The notes below the pieces were generated by a model, which was given only the letters and a program-made list of their open reading frames with translations, was not told the origin of the DNA and searched no databases. A stretch of DNA of 64,000 bases, taken from assembly GCA_900088475.1 (NCBI GenBank), contig FLMG01000335.1, positions 186,001 through 250,000 of the forward strand, written 5' to 3'. Positions 1 through 11,447 of the stretch are shown piece by piece. Made by a program: the position numbers and the translations under genes. Every line of letters begins with the position of its first letter. The stretch's first letter is position 1. Origin of the DNA: Hyphochytrium catenoides. Taxonomy: Eukaryota > Protista > Hyphochytriomycota.

Positions 1-1674
1 TACCTGCGAAAGTATTGCGATGCTATTAGCTCCAAGGCCCATATACTCTGCCAGAAGTGGAAGGAGGAGCTAACCAGGAAGAGAGAGACTGGGGAAGACA
101 TGGAGGAAGGAGAAGATTCTCCTTTGATTGACGTGTCGGTCAACCTCATCAAGATAACCCTGGATGTCATTGGCTATGTTGGCTTTGGAACCGAGTTTAA
201 CGCAATCAGAGATGACGCTTCCGGCTATGAAGAGGCAGGAAGAATCCTGGCCCAGGCGCCTGTAAAGGGTGCAATTCTGCCCTTTGGTCTTATTCATCTG
301 GACATCTTGGGCAATAGAAAGATCAAGAAGTCTCTGCAGCTGTACATGCGTGCCGTAGACTCCATGGTCCAGAAGTATGATGAGATGAGAAAGAAGGGGG
401 AGCAGCCGGAGGTAAACTTCTTGTCCGCCCTTCTGAGTGCACAAGAGCACTGCAAAGGTGATGACGTACTCACGGGTGATGCACTCAAAGCCAGTATGAT
501 AACGATGCTCCTGGCAGGTAAGGCTACATTCTGCTGCCATCTAGGTCTTCTAGGCTGCCTCAGCACCTGCCAGGCATCGCTTCGGCCTCCGTCTCTTACC
601 ATATTTTCTTATTATCCTGCTGCCCGTGTTTGGCATTGACTTCTGTTCCGTAGGCCACGAGACAACTGCTAACACCCTCAGCTGGGCGCTATACCTGCTA
701 TCGACCCACCCAGAAGCGCAAAAGAAGGTTCAGGAGGAGGTGGATAAGGTATGAAAGCACACCCGTACTCGCCTTCAATTTTCCTCTCACCTCTTCCTGT
801 CATGGCCCACTAACCATGGGATCCCTCCCTCTCTTCTCAAAGGTAATGCCTCAGACGGAGTCCATTATCGACTATGCTGCCATCTCGGGGCTCCTGTACA
901 CCAAGGCAGTCTTTTATGAAGCTCTCCGCATGTACCCTACTGTCCCTTTCTTCCCTCGGCTGGTAAGTAAATTTTCCTTGTGGTCCTGCCGATTTCTCGC
1001 TCCAGTCCCATCCCTGATTACCGGTTAACTTCTAAGACCTTAGTCCGACGTATGGTTCTTCACTATGCCCTGGCTAAGAAACAAGCACACGGACTGAAGC
1101 CAGTCCTTCTTCTTACGTCTAAGCATATCCTCTCTTCATTGTCTGGGTCGCCATCGTTTCTCTCTCTGTTCGTTCTAGATAAGAACTTCAGGTCCTCTGA
1201 CTGTCCTACTCTACATGCTTTTTCTCTACTCTTCCCACTCGTTCCGCTACTTCTACATTAAGATCAAGCCTGTTGCTGCCCCTGTAGGTGAGGCGCGATT
1301 GCACCTTCGGAGGTTACCACTTTCCAGAGGGGTCCCCTGTGTGGGTGAACACCTCAGTAATGACTAAAGATCAAAGGAACTGGGTGAGGCCGGACAACTT
1401 TGAGCCAGAGCGCTTCATCCACGTTGATGCCGACGGCGTGACAACTATTAAGTCTCTGGAGACGGCTGGCGCTCCATTCTCCTTTCTGCCATTCGGCGCC
1501 GGGCCGCGGTCCTGTATTGGCAAGCGCTTTGCCGTGTTGGAGGGTGTTGGACTACTCGCGGTCATATTAAGAAACTTTCAGCTTAGGATGGGTCCTGAGG
1601 AGCCTAAGTCCGCCGCTGCTATCACCTTGTACGCTCGCAATGGCGTCAAACTCCACTTGGATGTTAGGGATTGA
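1..1674 (+). CDS. Cytochrome P450 (5' end outside window); exons ~1-517, 654-748, 843-962, 1288-1674
   Basis: Spliced product contains I-helix AGHETT (across intron 518-653), K-helix EALR, FEPERF and heme motif [10 protein letters not shown]. All joins are GT-AG and in frame. Confidence 0.95.
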
Positions 1675-2148
1675 GAGGAAGGAGAGTAGAGAGACACTTT
1701 TGTCCCCGGGCTTACTCCAATGTAGTTGTTGCTTGTCCTTGTTGGAAATTATCCAGCTAACAATTCCTCCCAATAGTGGGAAGAATCTCCTTTTGTTGCT
1801 CATGAGCAGACATAACTCTAAGCCGTATAGTACCAGCATGTTTCTCTTCAGATGTCTTTTAAGCGACCCATTTGCGAGTGTCTCTTAACTCTTCCGATAG
1901 AGATGGGTGACCCAAGGTTAGGGTAACACGCCTTCTTTTCTCTCCCCTTTTCCCCCTTGCAGCAGAATCCACAGATAACGTATGTGATGCTAAATGATTT
2001 ATTATAACCTAGAGTACTTTGAAGCACGCGGAAGGTGCTGCTGGCCTGTTGTACAGTGCCATTGAGGATGGGCAGATGGGAGAGTGTTCCTGTCAATAAA
2101 TAGCAGTCTAACATTTCTAGAGATAGAGTAAATCCCCTTTGCCGCCTC

Positions 2149-4898
2149 CTACTTCTCAGACCTTTCACCTCGGTCCTTGAGCTCAGCATAACTTGCGTCC
2201 TCCGTATCGTCCTCACCACTGTCCTCATCTACCAAACCATCATCTATAGGAAAGCACTCTCCACGTTCCTGCAGAGAGCTTGGTTGCTCAGGGATCGGCG
2301 GTGGGATGGAGGCTGGTAAGTAGCGGACGCCCTCTTCTGAGAGGGCATTGCCAGGAAATGAGAGTGTTTGCCCTATCTTTGGGTCTTTAGCATATCCTAC
2401 GGAAGATGGGTACGGTTTAACCCAAGCGGAAGGTGCCAATCGGGGGACGTTGCAGGCCAAAAGAAGAAGTGATACAAGTCGGAGAGAAAGAAGCATGATG
2501 TATGGCTGGGTCAGCCGCCATCTTAGACTCCCTAAAGGAAAAGATCTTTCCACCAAAGAAAAAGACAGACGTCATGAAGGGAGCCAAAGAGAAGCAAAAA
2601 AATACTCTCAGAGCAGCCGCGACGAAAGCTTGAAATTTATGAGAGTCTTAGCCAGCAGTAAATCTTACCTTTATCCCGCCCTACTTCGAGGTCAATGTCC
2701 AGCATTGACGAGGAGAGCTGCATGGATTCTCTCTCTGATAAGTCTGATCGATCTATTCCTCTTTGCGTGTACGCAAGTAGACTGTTTCGGGCCAGCATGC
2801 CGGTGGTAGGTGGCGCAGTGTGCCGGATGCCAATGGGTTCATGAAGAGAGAACGACGATGCGACCCACTTCCAGAAGCTGAACTAAGGTTTAAATGATTA
2901 GAGAAGGCAGCGGCGTCACAAAGCTAGCCAAGAGAGAAGTGCCTGAATTATATCAAAAGCGCAGAGCGTGACAATCAAGATTAAATGTTGGTTAGGAAGA
3001 GAGATTCATATTAAAAGGGCCAACAGTGCTCCTAACGAGGCATCAACTTAGTTAGGGCTCCGTTAGGACTCATGATGTTTCACCGCGAGAGCTCTACCTA
3101 TTGCCTTACCTTGGGAGGCTCTTCAAAGGATCTGAAGGGTGAGAAATCTCTTGAGCGTTGTCCTTCGTAATAGGAGACGTCTTCCCCCTCTCCCAGGCTA
3201 TCGATCGCGCCTGCCAGGTTGCCTTGCCTAGAATAGAACTTCCGGTTCACTTCATTTGCCACAGAGTAGAGGATGAACTTTTCCCAGAAGGAAGAGATTG
3301 CTGGTTGGGGGGCAGATGAGAGGCGGAAGAGTGCAGCGGACGACCAGCGGAAACAGAGAATCTCAGTTTCTGCATACGCCGCAAACCTGCCGGGGTACAA
3401 AGCATGTAAGCAAGAGTCTGCGAGTATAGTAGAAATACTGTGATAAAACCTGATGGTGGTGGAAGTGACAGGCTGAATATAATGGACTCAAGGCCAGAGC
3501 AGCAGCGATAGGAGCAGCCAAAGGGGAAAGAAGACGGACGGAAAGAGAAAGTCCTACGAGGGACCTAGAGACTTGAAAGCTACAGCCGCTGGTTGGCGTC
3601 CCACCTATTATTAAAGAATCCGATCCGTACACCGAAGATATTAGCAGCCTTCAAATCGAACAGTTCGCCGCTGTACATTTTGAACGCAGCAGTTTTCAGT
3701 CCCTTCAGATTTCTATAGCAGCGTACGCGTCCTTCTACAATCAAGAATAGCTGCGCCTTGTCCTGGTCTACTTCAGTGTCCATGATACATTCACCTGGCA
3801 GCCGACGTCATTGTTAAGTTGAGGATGGAAGCGATTCATTAGTGCTCAGAAGAGAAGACCAACAAGGGGCCAGACAAGGATAAGTCAATGTAAGCGGCAT
3901 AGGACAAGGGACAGACGAAGGCCAGAGTAGTGGACCGTGGAAGCACAGAAATATGGGTACATACACAGAGAAAGAAAAAAAGATCCGTAGATTAATACTA
4001 GAAACGTCAACAGATAGAGGAACGTTAGGACGTTAGCCGGTAGAGTAGAGAGAAAGAAAGAGCGTGCGAGAGAGAAAGGGAGAGCGAGAAAGGCACAGAG
4101 AGAGAGAGAGAGATAGAGATGACATGACAGAAGAGAAAGGGTGGAGGTTCATTACCAGCTTTATAGCGAACCCATTCTCCTTCTTCCAGCGTCCTTTTAA
4201 ACTCCAGTCGATGCATACCACAGCGTCGATAGAAGAATCGCCAAAGGGACTCATCGTTCTCACTCTTAAACTTAATCTTTCTCTCCGCATAGATGAGCCT
4301 GATGAGCGCCAGGAGATGGAGGGTAAATGGCCCTACGGCCATTAGGATGGTCCATGGCGCTATTGTGCCCAAGTTATGCCAGCCTACATGTAGATTAGAG
4401 AGAGTGAGGTGGGAGTGAAAAAGGTGGCTTCGCTGTGCCAAAGAAAAGACTGCGGAAGGGAGCAGAAAGAGGAGCAAAGGAAACGTTAGAAATTTCCAGG
4501 AATCATAGCAAACGAAGCGAGCGAGGTGCCGGAGAAGAGACGAGAGGATCAGAGCAGCATCAGAACCCAAGAGAGTGTTATACGGACACACTCTCTCTGT
4601 ACGCTCAGTGATTGGCATGCTAACGGAAGATGTAGCGAGGTAAGATCAACCGGAAAAAGTATTTTGTTACGATCTGTCCGCAGCCCCAAAGGGGAAAGAA
4701 CGGATGTAATGCCTAAGTTAGCCATGCCTTACCGTCGGGCCAGAGTGTGCAACCAGTAGCAGCCCATATGATGAGGCTGCCAAAGCCTAGGACTAGAAAG
4801 AACCGGATAATAAGAATGTCACCAAAGAGAGCTGAGCAGAGAAAGAAGCCGTTCGCCAGAACAGACCATGGCCCGGTGCTAGGCAGGAACACTACCAT
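2149..4898 (-). CDS. Popeye-domain-like (cNMP-binding fold) membrane protein, multi-exon
   Basis: Three hydrophobic N-terminal segments (LANGFFLCSALFGDILIIRFFL...), then ERKIKF...LWRFFY, LFLIVEGRV and FAAYAETEILCFRWS, matching the POPDC/BVES layout. The last exon (2396-2149) is the least certain. Confidence 0.65.
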
Positions 4899-4944
4899 TC
4901 TGACAATACGCTAGTTGGCTTCTCTAAAAGTGCCACGCTATTAT

Positions 4945-4976
4945 ACTGAGAGCTTTCCCAACTGAGAGCTTTCCCA
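4945..4976. repeat. Exact 16-bp tandem duplication (ACTGAGAGCTTTCCCA x2)
   Basis: Read directly from the sequence, just upstream of the Popeye-like start codon. Confidence 0.9.
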
Positions 4977-5756
4977 GTTGGAAGTCTCAAGGTCCTGAGC
5001 AGTACTTTCCCTAACCACGAGTCCTTCCCAACTCACTATCGCTCCTTCCTTTCCTCTGTTCACCGTGACATGAATGGCTCTACTTGTTCCCCGCGTCGGT
5101 CATCTCTTGATAGACAGCGCCGGTGAAGATGCCCAGATGGCGAGAGTTGAAGAGGAAGAGAAAGACACGTCCAACGAATTATCTTTCTCTCCTTCTGCTC
5201 CTGCCCTTCGGTCGCTCTCTTACCAACACCACTGAGCCTAAGAAGCTGCTGTCTCTCTCTCCTCTCGCCTGAGTCCTCCCTTTGGCCCCTATGATAAAGC
5301 CCCTCGAGAGCCTCTCGGCACAGAGCCTCACGAGGATGCCGAGTCCTCTGTCCCCATCAAGTTATTCTCTGTCATTTATCCCTTGAAGCGCGGTAACGGC
5401 ATCGGCAGTGCCTCTCCAACCGTTCTTTATCCCCTTCCCACGGCCGCACCGCATCACCTTCAACTCCAGGCGTCCGACCTCAGGCTTTTGTTACCCCTAT
5501 CCCATGATTGTCGTAATAGTTCTACGCAATCCTGGGGTTCTCTATCTGACCTTAGTATGGACAAGTTGTATATTCTTATTACCTGACGGGTAGGGATAGT
5601 GTAAAGGTTTGAGTAATTCTTAAGCTCAGTGGTTGAGGATCCGAAGGACTTCGCTTTTCCTTTACCTCAGGCTATCTGGTGTGCGTCGTAGATGTAAGTC
5701 AGGTGTTGGGCTGGACGTCGTAGGGGTTGTGCTATTATCTTTTTGTCTCGCTCCTG

Positions 5757-5853
5757 ATTGGGTAGAATGAGAGTACTTGCAAGTGATGATTGGCTCTCAT
5801 TCTTGATGAACCGCTCCTATTGGCTTAGGGAGGTTTTTCTTCTCTGTCATTGG
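5757..5853 (-). promoter_or_regulatory. Array of four CCAAT boxes (ATTGG on +)
   Basis: ATTGG at 5757, 5789, 5819 and 5849 (spacing 32/30/30 bp) in intergenic DNA upstream of the minus-strand Popeye-like gene. Confidence 0.5.
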
Positions 5854-6771
5854 CTGACAGAAGTTGACTAATGGTCGCGCCTCTCTCAAAAGTCAACAAA
5901 AGATTTTATTATTTGTCAGCGGTCGTCTGAGCGGCAGAGGTGCGGCTGCGCTCCCCGAAGAAGAAGCTTAGAGCAAGATGTCATCTTCAACGAGAGAAGC
6001 AGTGCGGCTTCCAGCCGATAGAGACAGCTGAAAGCAAAGGAAGATTGACGAGGAATCTAGCCCATGTCAATATTCTTGTGCCAACGAGGGGCAAAGATCA
6101 TCCATGCTCAGTCAATAGCTAGTGATGGCAGACGCATTCAATGGCTCAAACGTACCAAAGATCCTCTTTCGAGCAGCCTATCCCTACGGTCTCCTAGGGA
6201 CCACCATCAGCTCTGAAATTCCAGGCCTGCTGGGGACCCATTTTAGGAGACTGAGCTGTGTATATATTCCATTTCTACCAGCTGCTTCCGTGTTTTCTGT
6301 CATACATCACTAAGCAACATAACCTCAGGGTAATCCCTATCAGGTACCCTGTGCTCTTACACGTCCTTCCTTCATTACACCGATCATTGACCAACGGTAT
6401 GAGCAGAGTCTTTATTGAAGTATGTAGACCTTGAGCACTGGGCCACCAGCTGGAAAAGCGATTAAGTTCCTGAAATAGTCAATGCCACTGCTCTTTTTAG
6501 CACCTCTCGAAGTTGCTTGGCAGAGCTATCATCCTGCCTCATTGGTAGTCCCAAACATCAACCTTATGGTTGAGGGAAGGGGGCATACCTGTACCAAACT
6601 TACCTGTTATCTACGCGGGGCTTTTGGTACAGCAGGGTATGCTCCTTGACAAACAGTACGTTCCATATCATTATTATGTAGCAGTTACTCTTTGAACGAC
6701 GGCCATCCTCCATGGCAAGGACAATAGCAGACATACAAGAGACAACTGTGACGACGACCAAAAAGGTAGAA

Positions 6772-7704
6772 CTACTTCTGGCAACCACATTTGCGGGGCT
6801 TTCTGTGGTCCGCCAAGAACTCCATTGCTTCATAGGTGAACTCTTGAGGAACATTTAGTAAGTGCGTGCCTCCCTGGACCTTGTAAAGCATCACGTCGAC
6901 GCCCTTTGGGCAACCAGAATAGGTGATTGGCGTCGTCGCCTTGCCTTTGCCAGGCTCGAGCTCTATGGGCGTGCCAATGACGGGGCTATTCGCACCTGTG
7001 CAATTGTTCAGCTGGGCCCAGTAATTGACAGTCTGTTCAGCTCCAGTGTACTTCAAGCCCCCTCTGGTGGTGTTGCCTTCGTAAGAGACCAACTCGTCTG
7101 CAGTTCCGTGTACGTGCATCACGCTGATTGGACTGGACGGGCGACAGCGGCTGATGTCAGCGTCCATAGCGCCTACTACGCCCAGAATAGCAGCTATTCT
7201 ATCAGCATGCTTGCAAGCCAGGTAATATGCCATGAAGTTACCGTTCGATAGGCCGATAAAGTAGACTCTCCTTTTGTCAATGTTGAGCTTGCATGATATC
7301 TCATCAATGAGCCCTAACAGATAACCTTCATCATCAACTGTCGAGTTCCCGCTGAACATGTTTGGAACATTCCAGAACAACCTTCCAGTTCCTGCCTCTG
7401 CCGTTCCCGACGGAGCCAGGTAAATGAAGCCTTCAGCTTCAGCCGCGGGTTTGAAGAAGTTTAATCGAAGCTGTGGATCGTCAGAGTAACCGTGCAGGAT
7501 GAAGAGAAGGGGGTTCGGAACGGCAGGGTCATAAGATTCAGGTACATAGACCTCTACGGGCCGATCACCACCCACAGTGATGGTATAGTTGGACGGAGAA
7601 CACGAGGCAGCTCCCAAAGCCGCCAGGGCGGAGAACACCAGCGTAACGGAAAGGACTCCAAGAAGGAAGAGGGAGCTCAATCTGACAGAAGTCGCGGATG
7701 GCAT
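6772..7704 (-). CDS. Secreted LpqC/PHB-depolymerase-family esterase (alpha/beta hydrolase), copy 1, intronless
   Basis: Hydrophobic signal peptide after ATG 7704, YVPESYDPAVPNPLLFILHGY, nucleophile GLSNG, HGTADE (Asp) and GGTH (His). Single uninterrupted ORF. Confidence 0.9.
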   Translation of the reverse strand: MPSATSVRLSSLFLLGVLSVTLVFSALAALGAASCSPSNYTITVGGDRPVEVYVPESYDPAVPNPLLFILHGYSDDPQLRLNFFKPAAEAEGFIYLAPSGTAEAGTGRLFWNVPNMFSGNSTVDDEGYLLGLIDEISCKLNIDKRRVYFIGLSNGNFMAYYLACKHADRIAAILGVVGAMDADISRCRPSSPISVMHVHGTADELVSYEGNTTRGGLKYTGAEQTVNYWAQLNNCTGANSPVIGTPIELEPGKGKATTPITYSGCPKGVDVMLYKVQGGTHLLNVPQEFTYEAMEFLADHRKPRKCGCQK

Positions 7705-8507
7705 GGTTGAAGTCAAGAGAGAGGTAACCGCTCTCGCGCTCTCAAGGGAATAAGCCTTAAGCACTGCCTATCAGGAAATTTGAGGAATGTCATCCTCCTT
7801 ATTGAACGTGCTATGCCATTCTGCATGTTCGGAGCGTGCAGTATCTCACTACGGACGCTGTCTCCCGCTTCTTCTGGCTGTGCGTGAGAAAGGGAAGCAG
7901 AATTATAACAAGACAAGACAGTAGTGCTATTTCTCAATCCTTGTAATGACCTCTCGTACGTATCTCTTGCCCCGATGCCTCTAATATGGAGACCCAAATG
8001 TGTCACGCAGTCAGTGACGCACATTCGTCTCGACTAGGAGTGGACATCCAGGGGCGAACATGGAAGCGACCGATGCAGGAGGTAGAGGATTGCCCTATCT
8101 TGGTGTCATCTCCTTCCGTCCAGCATAGGACATAGGGGTCTGCATCATGGATCATGACTGGCTGGCGGGATCGAGTTGAAGGCCATTATTCTTAGTGAAG
8201 AGAAAGATCTTGCCATGGCAGAATGATCTTCAACAGTGACCTCTCCTGTCCTTATCTTGTCGCATCTATTTGTGTGTCTATGTTGGCATAGTTACCTATA
8301 GTAAGGGTAAGACACTCTGTCGCTTTGTAAGTAAGGTATATGACACCTGATGGTCCTAAGAATGTCTCTTTCCTGGTGGGTGGAACAGTTCCTAGGGTAG
8401 AGAATCTTTTGCACAAAGTCATCAGAACCCAAGCTGCGGATGTGTTCCGACGTGATACAGCCGTCTGTCCTCGGTATGGAACAATTCTGATCCTTCTTGT
8501 CTCTCGG

Positions 8508-8570
8508 GCTCTCTCTCTCTCTTCCTCTCTCTCTCTCTCTCTCTTGCTATTTCTCTCTCTCTGTCTCTTC
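8508..8570. repeat. (CT)n-rich microsatellite
   Basis: Visible CT dinucleotide run. Confidence 0.85.
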
Positions 8571-9420
8571 AGTATTCCCTCTTTCTTATCTCCATCACTG
8601 TCTCTTCTTACTCTTACCTCCTTTCTCCTCCTCGTGCTGCCTTGCTCGGTGGGCTTGTGTTGGATGTCTTGCCTCTTTCTCGTTCCCTATGTCTCTCCGC
8701 TTCATCCATGATCTCTCTTCTCTTCTCTCCTCTCACTTTCGTCTTCTCCTACCCTGTTCTCTACTTTCTCTAGGTGAGGTCTTGACTTCGTCGTCGTCTT
8801 CTTGCCACGTCGCTGCCTTCATGAGCATGCGTTGGCGTCTTCGCCTTTCGTCCTCCTTAACCAAAGGATGGAACAGACATTGTCGTCGGGGACGCTCCCA
8901 TCGTCCCTTCGAGGATCTTCTTGGTCGGGTTAGCCTTGTAGTTAGTTCTGCCGGCAAGAGTTCCAGTGGCCGACAATGCAAGCTTCTTTCCTCACCCTAG
9001 CTCAGGCATAGATGTGTCTTCTCATTGTACAACCCTTGCTGGTTCTCTTTCTCCTTCTTGCCCAAACAACAACATCTATAGGGAGCGCACTAATCATCAT
9101 TTTTCTCATATCATCGACACTCTTCCTAGTCGGGCCTCTTGCCATTGCCTAGTCTTTTTTCTAAGAGTGTCCGAGGTGGTACACCTGACCCAGGCAAGGG
9201 AGCTCATCGTTGACAATCAATGATGTGTCTCCTGTTCTCCTACGCCTTCCTTTTCTTATCTCCTTCCTAGCTTGCTAGCCACCAGTCCATCTGGAAGCGG
9301 TACAAGCTTTGCTCTTGGAGCTTGGGAAAGTTTATGTGGATGTGATAGGAATGGTGTGACACTGCACAAGAGAACTTGAGGCACCACACCAGCATTAGTA
9401 CTAGGTAGGCGACGCTTCAC

Positions 9421-9505
9421 NNNNNNNNNNNNNNNNNNNNNNNNNNNNNNNNNNNNNNNNNNNNNNNNNNNNNNNNNNNNNNNNNNNNNNNNNNNNNNNN
9501 NNNNN
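9421..9505. other. Assembly gap (N run); others at 11328-11367, 14623-14711, 15934-15990, 48255-48317
   Basis: Runs of N, some next to microsatellites or homopolymers. Confidence 1.
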
Positions 9506-11367
9506 CATTTATTATCAGAAGCTACCACCAGCAGCGGTATACACTTGCAGGCACCACTAACAAAGCGGAGATAACGCTAGCACCAGAGACTCCGCTAGGG
9601 CTTTTGGGGCCGCCACGACGACACCTATCTTAGCGATTAGACTATTGCTATTGCATGGGCAGCAAGGTTGATGAGTAATAGGCAGCACTACTTCTAGAAA
9701 AAAGAAAAAAAGAAGACCGCCTGAGATCTGTCGATCACGGGTGGGCAGGTGCACTCGAGGAGAATGCTCTTCTTTCGCCGACGACGACTTCGTTGGAAAG
9801 CTTAAAAGGCCAAGCAGCAAAGAAGTTCACCTTCTTTTCCGTTGGGGAGCCGAGGCTATCCGGATATGAGCTGAACGATAAGGGGGACCACAGTGAGGCA
9901 ATAGATGGGTGCACAAAGGCATCTTCTTGGTCTAGTGAGGCAAAAGCGCTACTATGTGAGGTTGCTTCCATTCCTAGTACCTGGTGGCGAGAATTGCCTC
10001 ACCGTCTCTTCGTCGCTCTGCTCCATCATCATCTTCCGTTGGTTTCATTATCAGTATCACAGTATCACTCATCTACGGAACTCTGTAGTACTAGGTCCGC
10101 ATGAGGTGCATGAGAAAGAAATAAGCAAAGTTATGCCTGTAAGAAAACGAGCGTGGCCCTGTCATGCCTCCGCGGTGAGCGAGGGTGGTGGTGCAGATTT
10201 ACGCTCCAACCGGTCCTCCTCTCCTTCGTTCTGCGGACAGCGGCTTTCGAAGAAACCGCGGGACAGGAAGAGAGAAGGTTTCAAACGAAGGAGTTGAAGA
10301 AGCTCTTCTATAAACTGTCCTCAAGTTCTAAGTTGAACAACGATCACCATCAACCCTTATCAGTGTAATGGCGCACAAACAGTGATGCACAGAAGGCAGT
10401 CACGAGGGACCAGCAGAGTATAAGAGCAGCTTCCGCTTCTTTCTCCTTTCAAGGGACCAATCACCAGGTCACCAGGGGCCGCATCCTCCTCACTCACCTC
10501 TATCGCTCATAAGCCTATCATGTGAAGCCATAATACCACTACTACCTTTCACTCGTCCTCATCCTACCGTCGGTCTTCCCTCCTGTCTGTTGCTGCTGTT
10601 CTCTACTCCATTTTCTTCTTTCCTCGTCGCCTCCTGTCTTCTACCTCTTCCAATTAACTCACTTCCTTATTATTAGCCAAGAACGAGAAGTCCTGCTGGA
10701 CGTTCCTCCTGCAGCCTACCTCAGCGCCGTTCGGACCCATCCAAGAGCCCATGCTGCTGCTGCCTACTTTCCAGTGCTGGTGATGGTGGTTGTGCTCCAT
10801 CTCTCCGCACCTCATCACTAACCCGCCCCTTTGGCATGCTCATCGCTCATCTCTCATCTATCATTGTCCTCGTGACGACTGCCGTCATATCATCCTCGTC
10901 ATACCAATCGCATCGCACCAACAGGAAAGCCAGAAGGTCCAACCCCGAGGAGGTCCTACTAGGCGAGCAAGGAAGCAGCAGCAGCAGCAGGGAGAGGAGA
11001 CTAGCAGGAGGTGGTGGCGGGAGAAGCAGGAGGAGGAGAGAGAGAACCTTTTGGTCCTAAACTCTCCATCAGACGGAACAGTATATATATCAGGCTTCTG
11101 AAGGCCATAGATAATATTAGGCGGCCTGGGGCGGCTGGCCAAGGTGAAGGTTGACTGCGGGACCATCGTGCCAGCCGTAGTAATACATATCCAGGATAGC
11201 TATAGCGGTTGTATTATTATAGATATCTGTAGTAATAGTCTGCAGATGACCTTTCGAAGAACGAGCAGAAGAGTCACCAGGATCTTTCACTCCCCTACCC
11301 AGTATATTACGATAACCCATGAATGGGNNNNNNNNNNNNNNNNNNNNNNNNNNNNNNNNNNNNNNNN

Positions 11368-11410
<43 letters not shown>

Positions 11411-11447
11411 GAGACAGAGAGACAGAGAGACAGAGAGAGAGAGAGAG
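11368..11447. repeat. (GA)n/(GACA) microsatellite abutting a gap
   Basis: Visible GA dinucleotide run. Confidence 0.95.

Noticed and set aside
5621-5660. TAAGCTCAGTGGT resembles a tRNA A-box
   Set aside because: No B-box (GTTCRA) or cloverleaf stems follow.
6772-6790. C-terminal CGCQK of esterase copy 1 as a prenylation signal
   Set aside because: It does not fit CaaX, the protein has a signal peptide, and the paralog lacks it.
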